A DNA stretch of 63,759 bases, taken from positions 1-63,759 of the forward strand of contig CAYHBX010000001.1 of NCBI GenBank assembly GCA_964355005.1, written 5' to 3'. Source of the stretch: an uncultured Candidatus Saccharibacteria bacterium. GTDB lineage: Bacteria; Patescibacteriota; Minisyncoccia; UBA6257; WO2-44-18. Below are positions 54,303-63,257 of the stretch, piece after piece (position 1 is the stretch's first letter; each line of letters starts with the position of its first letter). The notes beneath the pieces were generated by a model. The model did no database searches and was not told where the DNA came from. It was given only the letters and a program-made list of their open reading frames with translations. A program made the translations under genes and the position numbers.

Positions 54303-54424
54303 CGCACATTTTGTATTCAATCACTTCTTAATCTCGGGCATCGCGAACTGCACTGCCCGTGCCTGCCTGTCGGCAGGCACGGGCTTTAATTTCTTTTGCA
54401 GAAATCTGTACCGCAAAATGTGCG
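54303..54424. repeat. inverted-repeat element CGCACATTTTG ... CAAAATGTGCG with internal GC hairpin
   Basis: 11-nt arms; internal hairpin cccgtgcctgcctgtcggcaggcacggg. Confidence 0.65.
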
Positions 54425-54481
54425 GGATAAGGTTTTCTAAACAAAATCCCCGTAACTATACGGAGATTTTGTAGAAAGCCT

Positions 54482-55489
54482 TTACTTTGCGACTTCCCGA
54501 ACCTTCTTTTCGATCTCGTGCAGAAGTTTTTTGTCTTCCTGAAGCTTGGCTTTTACGTTCTCAATTCCGACGGCCAATTTTTCTCCTTCAAAGCTGTAGG
54601 ATGCTCCGGATTTAGTGATCACGCCATGTTTTAAAGCGGCGTTGGCGACATCGGATTCATAGGAAATTCCTTCGCCGTACATAATATCAAATTCCGCCAG
54701 TCGAAACGGAGCGGCTACTTTATTTTTTACTACCTTTGCCCTGACGCGGTTGCCGACGACGGCCTCGCCTTTTTTGATTACGGCTTCTTTGCGGACATCA
54801 ATGCGGACGGAGCAATAGAATTTCAGGGCCCGTCCCCCGGGAGTAGTTTCCGGATTCCCGAACATTATCCCGATCTTTTCGCGCAACTGATTGATGAAAA
54901 TGATCATCGTATTTGATTTGGCGGCGATGGCGGTCAGCTTGCGGAGGGCTTGTGACATCATTCTTGCCTGCAGGCCCATATATTGCGCTCCCATCTCTCC
55001 TTCAATTTCTATTTTCGGTGTCAGGGCAGCAACGGAGTCTACCACCACCACATCGATCATTGCCGAGCGCACCAGACTTTCCAGAATATTTAGCGCCTCT
55101 TCTCCATTGTCCGGCTGGGAGATCAGTAATTCTTTTACTTTCACGCCGAGCTTTTCGGCATATTCGGGGTCCATCGCGTGTTCGGCATCAATGAACGCCG
55201 CCTTTCCGCCTTTTTTCTGGGCTTGGGCGATAACATTCAGCGCGAGAGTGGTTTTTCCGGAAGATTCCGGTCCGTAGATCTCAATAATTCTTCCTTTCGG
55301 TAATCCGCCCACGCCCAGTGCCATATCCAGCGAAAAAGAGCCCGTCGGAATAATATCCACATTGATCTTTTTTACATCACCGAGTTTCATAACCGCTCCT
55401 TCGCCGAATTTTGCTTGGAGCGATTCTAATAAGCCATCAATGTCTTTGTCTCCTTCTGCCTTTTTTTCCACCTCTTTTTTATTTGTCAT
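54482..55489 (-). CDS. recA: recombinase RecA
   Basis: [12 protein letters not shown] and conserved L1/L2 regions. Confidence 0.95.
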   Translation of the reverse strand: MTNKKEVEKKAEGDKDIDGLLESLQAKFGEGAVMKLGDVKKINVDIIPTGSFSLDMALGVGGLPKGRIIEIYGPESSGKTTLALNVIAQAQKKGGKAAFIDAEHAMDPEYAEKLGVKVKELLISQPDNGEEALNILESLVRSAMIDVVVVDSVAALTPKIEIEGEMGAQYMGLQARMMSQALRKLTAIAAKSNTMIIFINQLREKIGIMFGNPETTPGGRALKFYCSVRIDVRKEAVIKKGEAVVGNRVRAKVVKNKVAAPFRLAEFDIMYGEGISYESDVANAALKHGVITKSGASYSFEGEKLAVGIENVKAKLQEDKKLLHEIEKKVREVAK

Positions 55490-55584
55490 AATTGGACTGC
55501 ACTAATATAACTAATCTAGCGCGAATATACAAATTTTTAATTAGTGATTAGTATATTCGTGCTCGATTCGTATATTCGTGGAGT

Positions 55585-56220
55585 TTATGGTGTTGGTTGA
55601 TAAATAATTTGTTTTACGACTTTAGTTTCCCGGCCCAGAAATCTTTTAGCCACGATCTCAAAAGTATTTAGGCCAGGTTGCAAGCTATAATTTTCCTGGA
55701 AACGCCCATCCTTGTCAACAAAAACCACTTCGCCGTTCACCGAAACCTTGTCTCTGGCGTCGATCAAGCCGCTCAACTCATAAGACGGCAGGGTAGAAAT
55801 AAAGGTGGCGCTTAAAGGATTGGTGACCTCCAGATCGGGAATGCCGATCAGGCTTTGGGCGTTGATGGCGAGGTAGGCTATCGCGATGGTGGCAACCGAC
55901 CCGGCTATCCACCATCGGTAATCTATTTTTTTTATCGCGAACCGGTTCTCGGGCAGGCGATCTTCTTCTCCGGAAGAAAGCACTTCCGCTTCGTCCCGGT
56001 ATTTTGACCACAATTCATCAGGAGCGAATTCCAGCGCCGATTCCAGTTTTTTGAAATAACTTCGCGCGTAAGGCGCGGCCGGCATTTTGTGCCATTCGCC
56101 CGAAAGCATCGCGTCAATATAATGCTTTGGAATGCCGGTCAGCAGATAAATTTTTTCCTGGTTAAGGCCTTTTGAGCCCAATCTTTCCCAAATAATCTCT
56201 TGAAGAAGTTTTGATTCCAT
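55585..56220 (-). CDS. RodZ-like HTH membrane protein
   Basis: N-terminal HTH (LTGIPKHYIDAML), one TM helix, C-terminal beta domain. Start moved to MESKLLQ downstream of a TATAAT. Confidence 0.55.
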   Translation of the reverse strand: MESKLLQEIIWERLGSKGLNQEKIYLLTGIPKHYIDAMLSGEWHKMPAAPYARSYFKKLESALEFAPDELWSKYRDEAEVLSSGEEDRLPENRFAIKKIDYRWWIAGSVATIAIAYLAINAQSLIGIPDLEVTNPLSATFISTLPSYELSGLIDARDKVSVNGEVVFVDKDGRFQENYSLQPGLNTFEIVAKRFLGRETKVVKQIIYQPTP

Positions 56221-56270
56221 AAGCAAGTTCACTCGCATTATAAAGAGTTTTTTTATGGCGCACAACGGGA

Positions 56271-56300
56271 TTGACAAGCAGGGCATTAGAGTGCTACTAT
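56271..56300 (+). promoter_or_regulatory. near-consensus promoter
   Basis: TTGACA, 18 nt, TGCTACTAT. Confidence 0.6.
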
Positions 56301-56336
56301 CCTTCCTAGAACCCTTACAGAAAGAAAGGAAACAGG

Positions 56337-56978
56337 ATGAGCGATCCAAGAGAAGGAACGGTTACGAAGGATTTGGCGGAGTCGGCGCTGAAGGGAGCGG
56401 AAGCAGAACTCGCGAAAGCAGAGAGCGCGGCTCGGGTAGTTGCTGATGAGATCGCGAAATCTCGATTGGCTATTCAGGCTTTGCTGGGAAGATTGTATAG
56501 AATTTCGAAAGAATTCCCCACCTGGAAAACCATCAAGCTGGGAACTCGTCCCAACGTGGCAGCTCTCAAGCGGGCGATCATCGCCCAGAAGAACCGGATC
56601 TCCCCCTGGGGTAATGACATTCTGGACAGAATCTCGGTCAGCCCCAAGGAAACCGAGATCGATCTGGTCAGATTGACCGTCGCTGAACTGGGACTCCCCA
56701 AGGGCGGCATCCGAGAGCAGATCTACGAAAAAGCCAAAGAACTCGGCTTGTATCCCTGCCCCGCCGAAGTCGGTCCCCAGCTTCGTCTCCAATACCAGGA
56801 TCAGCCCTCCGGGGAATGGCTCCTGATTGGAATGAAGCCGATCACCGACTCGAGCGGCGACCCGGACGTGTTCCTCGTGGAGCATGGCGGCGGCGATCGC
56901 TGGCTCGGCGCGAATGACGGCTACGCTGACGACTTCTGGGATCCCGGGGACCGCTGGGTGTTCGTCCGTCGCAAGTAG
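56337..56978 (+). CDS. hypothetical protein: short coiled-coil N-terminus plus conserved C-terminal domain (GC-rich cassette)
   Basis: ATG after GGAAACAGG. The C-terminal part from FPTWKT is shared with the gene at 63338. Confidence 0.6.
   Translation: MSDPREGTVTKDLAESALKGAEAELAKAESAARVVADEIAKSRLAIQALLGRLYRISKEFPTWKTIKLGTRPNVAALKRAIIAQKNRISPWGNDILDRISVSPKETEIDLVRLTVAELGLPKGGIREQIYEKAKELGLYPCPAEVGPQLRLQYQDQPSGEWLLIGMKPITDSSGDPDVFLVEHGGGDRWLGANDGYADDFWDPGDRWVFVRRK
56514..56641 (+). repeat. 128-nt block identical to 63632-63759
   Basis: Base-by-base comparison shows no mismatch; identity starts abruptly at ttccccacctgg. Confidence 0.95.
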
Positions 56979-57022
56979 CTCTTTGTCCTTGGATCATTAG
57001 GCCTTGCCCTTTGATCCTTTGT

Positions 57023-57056
57023 CCCCGCACCGAAAGGTGCGGGGGTTTGTTTTTTT
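57023..57056 (+). terminator. CCCCGCACC-gaaa-GGTGCGGGG terminator
   Basis: 9-bp stem, GAAA loop, T-rich tail. Confidence 0.8.
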
Positions 57057-57064
57057 GCAGAAAT

Positions 57065-59197
57065 TTAAGCCAACGGATCCGGATTTTGAGGCCCAGGGTC
57101 TCCGCCGTTGCCTGCCGCGCCATCCGTGTACACATCTCTGGGCTTAGCCCCATCTCCCGGGCCGATGACGCCTTTGTCTTCCATAATATCCAACAAGCGG
57201 GCGGCTCGGGCATAGCCGACTTTCAAACGTCGCTGGAGCAACGAAGCCGAGGCTTTCTGCGCTTCGGTTACTACACGCAACGCTTCGTGATAAAGTTCGT
57301 CGTCGGATTCATCGGCCGCGTCCATATTATTCAGAAAATCCGTTGGCTCATTCCTCATCGGCATTGGCGATCCTTCCGGAATTTCCGCTTCCATATCCGC
57401 TAGTTCATTATTGTCCGCTACGAAATTGGCGACGCTTTTTATTTCCTCCTCGGAGATGTAGGCTCCCTGAATACGTTTTGGTTTTGAGAATTCTGAAGAG
57501 ATAAATAGCATATCGCCGCCGCCTAGCAGCTTTTCCGCGCCTGCCATATCAAGGATGGTGCGGGAGTCCACTTGGCTGGCTACTTGCAGGGCCATGCGGG
57601 AGGTAATGTTGGCCTTAATCAAACCGGTTACCACTTCCACCGAAGGCCGCTGGGTAGCCACTATCAAGTGAATGCCGGTGGCGCGCGCCATTTGGGCAAG
57701 CCGGACAATCGAGCCTTCTATTTCTTTACCGAAAGCCGCCATTAGGTCGGCCAGTTCGTCTACTACTAATAGTAGATAGGGGAGGGGTGGAGACTTTTTC
57801 TGATTGTAAGATCGGATATCACGCGCGCCGGCTTCCAGTAAAATTTCGTACCGTCGCTCCATTTCTTTGATCGCCCAGCGGAACAAGCCGATCGCTTTTT
57901 TGCCCTCAATGATCACCGGGGCGATCAGATGCGGTATTCCTCCGTAGACGGAAAGCTCTACGCGCTTGGGGTCGATCAGCGCCAGCCGCAGAGTGGCGGG
58001 AGAATTTTTATATAGCAGTGAAACAATCAGAGAATGGATACCCACGCTTTTTCCGCTGCCGGTCGCGCCCGCTACCAGCAAATGAGGCATTTTTTCAATG
58101 TCAGCCATGATCGGCTCGCCGCTGACTCCGCGTCCCACGATGAACGCCAATGGGCCGGATTCTTTAAATTCCGGATAGGAGATCAAACTACCGAGGCGGA
58201 CGATGGCGGCGGATTTGTTCGGCACCTCAATTCCTACTAATGATTTGCCCGGGATAGGAGCTTCGATGCGGATAGGGTGGGCGGCCAGGGCCAGAGAAAG
58301 GTCTTGGTTTAACGCCAGAATTTTTGCAATTTTTACCCCTTCGGCCGGCTTTAGCGTGTATCGGGTAACCTTCGGTCCGATATTTATTTCCCCCATTTCT
58401 ACCGGAATACCGAAGCTGTCCAAAGTTCTTTTGATAATATTCGCGTTAGCCCGCAGGTCGCCGGAAGTGGGTTTTTCTACCGAAGATTTTAATAGCGACA
58501 AAGGCGGGGCGACATAATTGCCGTATTCTTTTATTTTTAAAGATGCTTTTTTGTTGGAGGCCGGTGTAACCACCGCTTCTTCCGCCGATTCAATATCCTG
58601 CTCATTTTCATCATCATTTTCCTCTCCGGATCTTTTAGTTTTTTCTGCCGGGGCATTCGGGGCATCAAGAGCTATTTTCACTTCATCCATATCTTCCGAA
58701 CGGGTTTTCTTGGCCGGCTCCTCGTCTTCGTCATTACGGCGGCGGAAATTTATGGAAGCGTTAAAAGTTATCAACAAAGAAGCGATTATTAAAATAGCGG
58801 CAAGGATGATCGAGGCGGTGTAGCCGAACAGCGTTTCCAGAAATCCGATCCCGCGGCCGACCAGCCCACCCTTCCCGTCCATTAATATATCCAGCAATCC
58901 AAGCCCGAAGGTTACGAAGAGAACCGATCCGATCGCGCTGGTTAGCATCAAGACCCGTTGTCGGGCGAATAGAAACAGCACCGCGACCAAGAGGGCAGTT
59001 ATCGGCAGAAGGAAATAGCCCCAACCGAACAGTTTTTCCAGCACCAGATAAATGAATTCTCCTACCGGACCGGCTTTTTGGAAGGCGGCCAGCAAGAAAA
59101 GAACCGCGAAACCGGCTAATAAAATGGCGACAATGCTTTTTTTAGTTTCCGGGCTGATCAAGGGGGACTCCGTCTTCCTATTTTTTTTAGACATCAA
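57065..59197 (-). CDS. ftsK: DNA translocase FtsK/SpoIIIE
   Basis: N-terminal TM helices, GATGSGKSV Walker A, C-terminal winged-helix gamma domain. Confidence 0.9.
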   Translation of the reverse strand: MMSKKNRKTESPLISPETKKSIVAILLAGFAVLFLLAAFQKAGPVGEFIYLVLEKLFGWGYFLLPITALLVAVLFLFARQRVLMLTSAIGSVLFVTFGLGLLDILMDGKGGLVGRGIGFLETLFGYTASIILAAILIIASLLITFNASINFRRRNDEDEEPAKKTRSEDMDEVKIALDAPNAPAEKTKRSGEENDDENEQDIESAEEAVVTPASNKKASLKIKEYGNYVAPPLSLLKSSVEKPTSGDLRANANIIKRTLDSFGIPVEMGEINIGPKVTRYTLKPAEGVKIAKILALNQDLSLALAAHPIRIEAPIPGKSLVGIEVPNKSAAIVRLGSLISYPEFKESGPLAFIVGRGVSGEPIMADIEKMPHLLVAGATGSGKSVGIHSLIVSLLYKNSPATLRLALIDPKRVELSVYGGIPHLIAPVIIEGKKAIGLFRWAIKEMERRYEILLEAGARDIRSYNQKKSPPLPYLLLVVDELADLMAAFGKEIEGSIVRLAQMARATGIHLIVATQRPSVEVVTGLIKANITSRMALQVASQVDSRTILDMAGAEKLLGGGDMLFISSEFSKPKRIQGAYISEEEIKSVANFVADNNELADMEAEIPEGSPMPMRNEPTDFLNNMDAADESDDELYHEALRVVTEAQKASASLLQRRLKVGYARAARLLDIMEDKGVIGPGDGAKPRDVYTDGAAGNGGDPGPQNPDPLA

Positions 59198-59258
59198 TAG
59201 TATTTTATGCCAGAATCTAGCTGATGACCAGAGTTTACCAGTCCGCCGTCGGTTTTAA

Positions 59259-59400
59259 CCCCACACATAAGGAGCATTTCCGTTTTCTGGTCTCTGCCTA
59301 GTACCATTTCATCAATTGGCTACCTAATTTATTTATGCGAACACCAATGTTCAATTCGAAGAAAACGGACGGGCAGAGCAATGCTCCTTATGTGATGGGG
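59259..59400. mobile_element. 142-bp TIR element (CCCCACACATAAGGAGC / GCTCCTTATGTGATGGGG)
   Basis: 17/18-nt arms with one mismatch. The right arm contains the probable start codon of the HAD gene. Confidence 0.6.
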
Positions 59401-59949
59401 TTTGACATGGACGGCGTGATCGTCGATAACACCCAGAATAAAATTCGCCTCGCGAAGCAATTTGGGTTTGATTTGAAGCCGGCCGATGCTGTCGCGGAGC
59501 GGTTTCAGCGGTTGATTCCCGAGACAATCTTAGCCAAGATGAGGCCCATTCTCTATGACAGCGAGGATATGGGGTTGAAGCCGGATATTATTCCGGGAGC
59601 CCGGGAGGGTTTGGAGATGGTCCGGCAATCCGGCCGGCCGTACTTTTTGATCTCTCGGCGGGGTAATTGGATGATGGCCGTTAAGATGCTGGAACATCAG
59701 GGTTTGTGGCCTAAATATTTTAATCGCGACAATGCTTTTTTCGTGATCACTCCGGAGGATAAAGATATTAAAGCTAAGTCGTTAGGCATTAGCGCATACG
59801 TTGATGATCAGCCTAGCGTTTTAGAGAAACTGGCCAGCGTTCCCCAGCGTTTGCTTTTTGACCAATTCCGGCAGTTTGGTGATCTTTCTTTTCCGCACAA
59901 AAAAGTTTCTTCTTGGGAGGAATTGATGGGCTTTCTCGAAATTAGTTAA
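59395..59949 (+). CDS. HAD-superfamily hydrolase-like protein
   Basis: MGFDMDGVIVDN places the DxDG motif at the usual N-terminal position. The longer ORF (59335) reads through the TIR element. Confidence 0.6.
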   Translation: MGFDMDGVIVDNTQNKIRLAKQFGFDLKPADAVAERFQRLIPETILAKMRPILYDSEDMGLKPDIIPGAREGLEMVRQSGRPYFLISRRGNWMMAVKMLEHQGLWPKYFNRDNAFFVITPEDKDIKAKSLGISAYVDDQPSVLEKLASVPQRLLFDQFRQFGDLSFPHKKVSSWEELMGFLEIS

Positions 59950-59971
59950 TAATTTCGTAAGAAAACCATCA

Positions 59972-60075
59972 CCCCGCACATAAATCCATGACCACATCTG
60001 AAGAAAATAAAGCCAAAACAATTTCATTAGATTTCTTTGCAACCATCGGTCGTCTGGTTGGAATTATGTGCGGGG
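59972..60075. repeat. CCCCGCACATAA ... TTATGTGCGGGG inverted-repeat element
   Basis: 12-nt perfect arms, 104 nt overall, 24 nt upstream of the PMM start. Confidence 0.7.
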
Positions 60076-60099
60076 TGCTCAATTTTATAACTACTCGCT

Positions 60100-60552
60100 A
60101 TGCTCACAGATAAAATTGGCATTTTTAAGGCTTACGATGTGCGCGGTCGTTATCCCGATGAGATCAACGAGGCGGCGGTAAAAGAAATCGTTTCCGTCCT
60201 GGTGAAAAAATTCGGCAAGAAAAAAATTGTTGTCGGTCACGACGCCCGCCTTAGTTCAAAATCGCTTTATAAAGCAATTTTGAACGGAATTACGAATAAT
60301 GAATTAAGAATTAAGTACTCAAGCCTCCCCCGCGTAGTTCATAATTCTAGATTCGTTATTCATTCCATCGGCCAATGCTCCACTCCGATGTTTTATTTTT
60401 GGTGTCATAAATTAAAATTACCGGGGATTATGGTCACTGCTTCGCACAACCCGAAAGAATTTAATGGTTTGAAAGTTGTCGGAACCGACGGTTCGATAAT
60501 CAGCGGGACAGAAATAAAAAAATGGATCCCTGCACATAATAAGGATTATTAA
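60100..60552 (+). CDS. phosphomannomutase/phosphoglucomutase, domain I fragment
   Basis: TASHNPKEFNGLK active-site loop. Ends at a TAA supplied by the TIR element. Confidence 0.8.
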   Translation: MLTDKIGIFKAYDVRGRYPDEINEAAVKEIVSVLVKKFGKKKIVVGHDARLSSKSLYKAILNGITNNELRIKYSSLPRVVHNSRFVIHSIGQCSTPMFYFWCHKLKLPGIMVTASHNPKEFNGLKVVGTDGSIISGTEIKKWIPAHNKDY

Positions 60553-60657
60553 CCTGAAGCCGTAGTTTATGTATGCAATCATGTTTATTCAACTAAAACA
60601 GTCGTCTAAATTAAATCAAGGATGCGAAAACGCTTCGCAATCCTTGTTATGTGAGGG
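60528..60657. mobile_element. 130-bp TIR element splitting the PMM/PGM gene in frame
   Basis: Homologous to 25237-25365. Left arm ccctgcacataataaggat, right arm atccttgttatgtgaggg, followed directly by ATG. Confidence 0.75.
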
Positions 60658-61608
60658 ATGGATTATTTAAAGCCCTACGCGGATTTTTTGAGAAAGAAGT
60701 TTAGTCTGCGTGTACCGATGCGGGCGGTTTTTGATTGTTCGAACGGGACCACCGGATTAATTCTGAAAGAATTAATCCGAGAATTACGAATAACGAATAA
60801 CGAATTATGGCGTAATTCTAAATTCATAATTCTTAATTCTACCCCTGATGGGAATTTCCCGGCGCATGGACCGAACCCGATGGTGAAAGGAGCACTGAAT
60901 GATCTTAAAAAAGCCGTTTTGAGAAACGGGGCAGATTTCGGGGCGATCTTTGACGCGGACGGCGACCGGGTGTTTTTTATAGACGACCGAGGGCGGGAAG
61001 TTCCTGCCGACGCGGTTTTGGGTTTGATCAGCCAAGCTTTCCCCGGGCCCATCGTGACCGATATTCGTTCCGGCTATTTGGCTAAAGAGCTGATCGTGGC
61101 CGGAAGAAAAAAGATCATTGAATCCCGGGTTGGCCATACCTTTTTTAAAAGATTAATGAGAAGGAGAAAGTGCGGGTTTGGTGGCGAGATCTCCGGACAT
61201 TACTATTCACCTTTGGCTGACGGAACCTTTTTTGATTCTGGGATCGCCGCGGCGGTTTATTTTGCCAACGAAGTTTCTGAATTAAAGATGTTGGGCGGGA
61301 AACTTTCGGAATGGTTGGATAGTCTGCCGAGATATTTCCGTTCCGGAGAAATTAATTTCCAAGTTGACGACAAAGAAGAGGTAATGGTAAAAGTTGAAAG
61401 GCAATTTAAAAGATCTGCCGGGAAAATTTCCAAACTCGATGGCCTAAAAATGGAATTCGGAAATGCCGCGCGCTCCGAAGCCTTGGCGGAGGAGTGGTGG
61501 TTCAGCTTGCGGCCGTCCCAAACAGAGAATTTTTTGCGTTTGAATTTAGAAGCGAAGGACGAAAAAATGTTCAGGCGCCGCCTTGCTGAATTGAAGCGCC
61601 TGATTTAA
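60658..61608 (+). CDS. phosphomannomutase/phosphoglucomutase, domains II-IV fragment
   Basis: FDADGDR metal loop and GGEISGH sugar loop. Same reading frame as 60100-60552. Confidence 0.8.
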   Translation: MDYLKPYADFLRKKFSLRVPMRAVFDCSNGTTGLILKELIRELRITNNELWRNSKFIILNSTPDGNFPAHGPNPMVKGALNDLKKAVLRNGADFGAIFDADGDRVFFIDDRGREVPADAVLGLISQAFPGPIVTDIRSGYLAKELIVAGRKKIIESRVGHTFFKRLMRRRKCGFGGEISGHYYSPLADGTFFDSGIAAAVYFANEVSELKMLGGKLSEWLDSLPRYFRSGEINFQVDDKEEVMVKVERQFKRSAGKISKLDGLKMEFGNAARSEALAEEWWFSLRPSQTENFLRLNLEAKDEKMFRRRLAELKRLI

Positions 61609-61640
61609 TCTCAAGTCAGTCTTTTTGAAAGGAGAAATCG

Positions 61641-62435
61641 GTGCAGCGCGTTAACGGCCACCAGGTCGCTGAAAAAATTTTGGCGCGTCTTGGTAGTTTG
61701 CCCGTTCCGGAGAAAATTTTGTCATTGATCTCCTTTGAGCCATCGGATGCTTTTTCCAGTTTTGCCAGACAACAGATGAAGACGGCGGGGAGGTTGGGCT
61801 TGGGCGTCAGGATCTTGTACCGGGCGGAAACCAAAAGCACTTTAGAGCTGGTCGCCGAGTTGGATCGGTTTGGAGATGATGAAACGGTTGGCGGCTTGGT
61901 GCTCCAGCTGCCACTTCCTCCGCGGTTCAACAAACGGAAAGTACTCGCGAGTATCCCTCCCGAAAAGGATATTGATGCCTTGAATCCGGCTACCTCGGGA
62001 ATCGACGCCCCGGCGGTGCTGGCGGTGGAGAATATTTTGCGGACCAGTCATCCAGACCGCGAGGACGCGGACTGGCATGGTTGTCGGGCTTGTATCGTCG
62101 GTGCCGGGACTTTGATCGGTCGGCCCCTCCATCACTATTTTGAAAGTTTGGGAATGAAGTCGCGGATGCTGAATAGTAAGTCCTCGTTGGATGAAATTGT
62201 CGATGCCGACCTGGTAATTTCCGGAACTGGCGTACCCGGCTTGATCCGGCCGGAGCTCCTGAAACCCGGAGCCGATCTGATCGACTTTGGTTATCCCGGG
62301 GATGTTAAGGAAGATGATGGATGGCTCGATAAGGTCGGTTGGTACACTCCCGCCAAAGGCGGCACCGGACCGATTCTGGTGGCTTGCATGTTTGAAAATT
62401 TTTATCGTCTTTGCGGATCATTACGTAAAAATTAG
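61641..62435 (+). CDS. folD: methylenetetrahydrofolate dehydrogenase/cyclohydrolase
   Basis: LQLPLPP, IVGAGTLIGRP and GGTGPILVA motifs; GTG start. Confidence 0.8.
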   Translation: MQRVNGHQVAEKILARLGSLPVPEKILSLISFEPSDAFSSFARQQMKTAGRLGLGVRILYRAETKSTLELVAELDRFGDDETVGGLVLQLPLPPRFNKRKVLASIPPEKDIDALNPATSGIDAPAVLAVENILRTSHPDREDADWHGCRACIVGAGTLIGRPLHHYFESLGMKSRMLNSKSSLDEIVDADLVISGTGVPGLIRPELLKPGADLIDFGYPGDVKEDDGWLDKVGWYTPAKGGTGPILVACMFENFYRLCGSLRKN

Positions 62436-62527
62436 GCCCCTTGCGGGCCTTTTTTGTTGGCGGTTGTATTTGACTCGGTAGGATAAATAGTTTATTATCT
62501 TTCCAGTTCTACAAAAAGGAGGAATAG

Positions 62528-63019
62528 ATGAATGGTTTCCGGATCTTTGCCGTCGTCGTGGTCGCGTGCTTGCTTTCCGGGTGTGGAGGCGTGGGTTGGA
62601 GTGTGACTCCTTATGCCGGCGTCTACGGAAACGCCGGTGACGATGACAACGATGGCATTGGTTGGCAGGGAGGCATTTCCGTGACTTTTTCTAATGGAAG
62701 GCCGGCTGTCCCGGCAGTTATCCATCCGCCTTCGTCTTATCGCAACGAGGTAAACGTCAACAACGAGGTTTCTAGCTCTTCTTCGAGCGTTTCATCGTCC
62801 AACTCCACCAGTTCCGCGACGCAAAGTCAGTCGCAGAATCAGGAGCAGTCGCAGAGTCAGTCCCAGAGCCAAAACCAGGAGCAGTCCGGTGGCGGTTCCG
62901 GTAGTGGCGACGATGATGATCGCGACCACCCCGGTCATGGACACGGACATGGTCACGGACATGGACATGGCGGCGGTCATGGACACGGCCCCGACCACGA
63001 TGACGATCATGATGATTAA
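62528..63019 (+). CDS. lipoprotein with Ser/Gln and His-Gly/Asp low-complexity tail
   Basis: LLSGC lipobox; SQSQNQEQ repeats; GHGHGHGHGHG and DHDDDHDD. Confidence 0.6.
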   Translation: MNGFRIFAVVVVACLLSGCGGVGWSVTPYAGVYGNAGDDDNDGIGWQGGISVTFSNGRPAVPAVIHPPSSYRNEVNVNNEVSSSSSSVSSSNSTSSATQSQSQNQEQSQSQSQSQNQEQSGGGSGSGDDDDRDHPGHGHGHGHGHGHGGGHGHGPDHDDDHDD

Positions 63020-63024
63020 CAAAA

Positions 63025-63049
63025 CGCCCCGAGTGATCGGGGCGTTTCT
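63025..63049 (+). terminator. intrinsic terminator (weak T tail)
   Basis: cgccccga-gtga-tcggggcg. Confidence 0.55.
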
Positions 63050-63227
63050 ATTAGTCATTGCAAATCCCCTGTAAAACGAGGGTAGTTGGTAAATCAGTTA
63101 TTTAGTTAATTAGGTGTTGCGGGGACTAGCGCGTGCCTGCCTGCCGGCAGGGAAAAGCAGGAAGTTCTTGGTTAGAGGGTCGACTAACAGGTGCTACATT
63201 TCAAAGTTGAACCCGGCACAAGTGCTA

Positions 63228-63257
63228 TTGACAGAATAGGCTCAACCATGCTATACT
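63228..63257 (+). promoter_or_regulatory. near-consensus promoter, homologous to 400-429
   Basis: TTGACA, 18 nt, TGCTATACT. Confidence 0.65.

Noticed and set aside
56514-56641. A diversity-generating retroelement (template/variable repeat pair) as an explanation for the 128-nt repeat.
   Set aside because: The two copies are identical, with no adenine-specific mismatches. There is no reverse transcriptase or accessory gene nearby, and both copies are in coding context.
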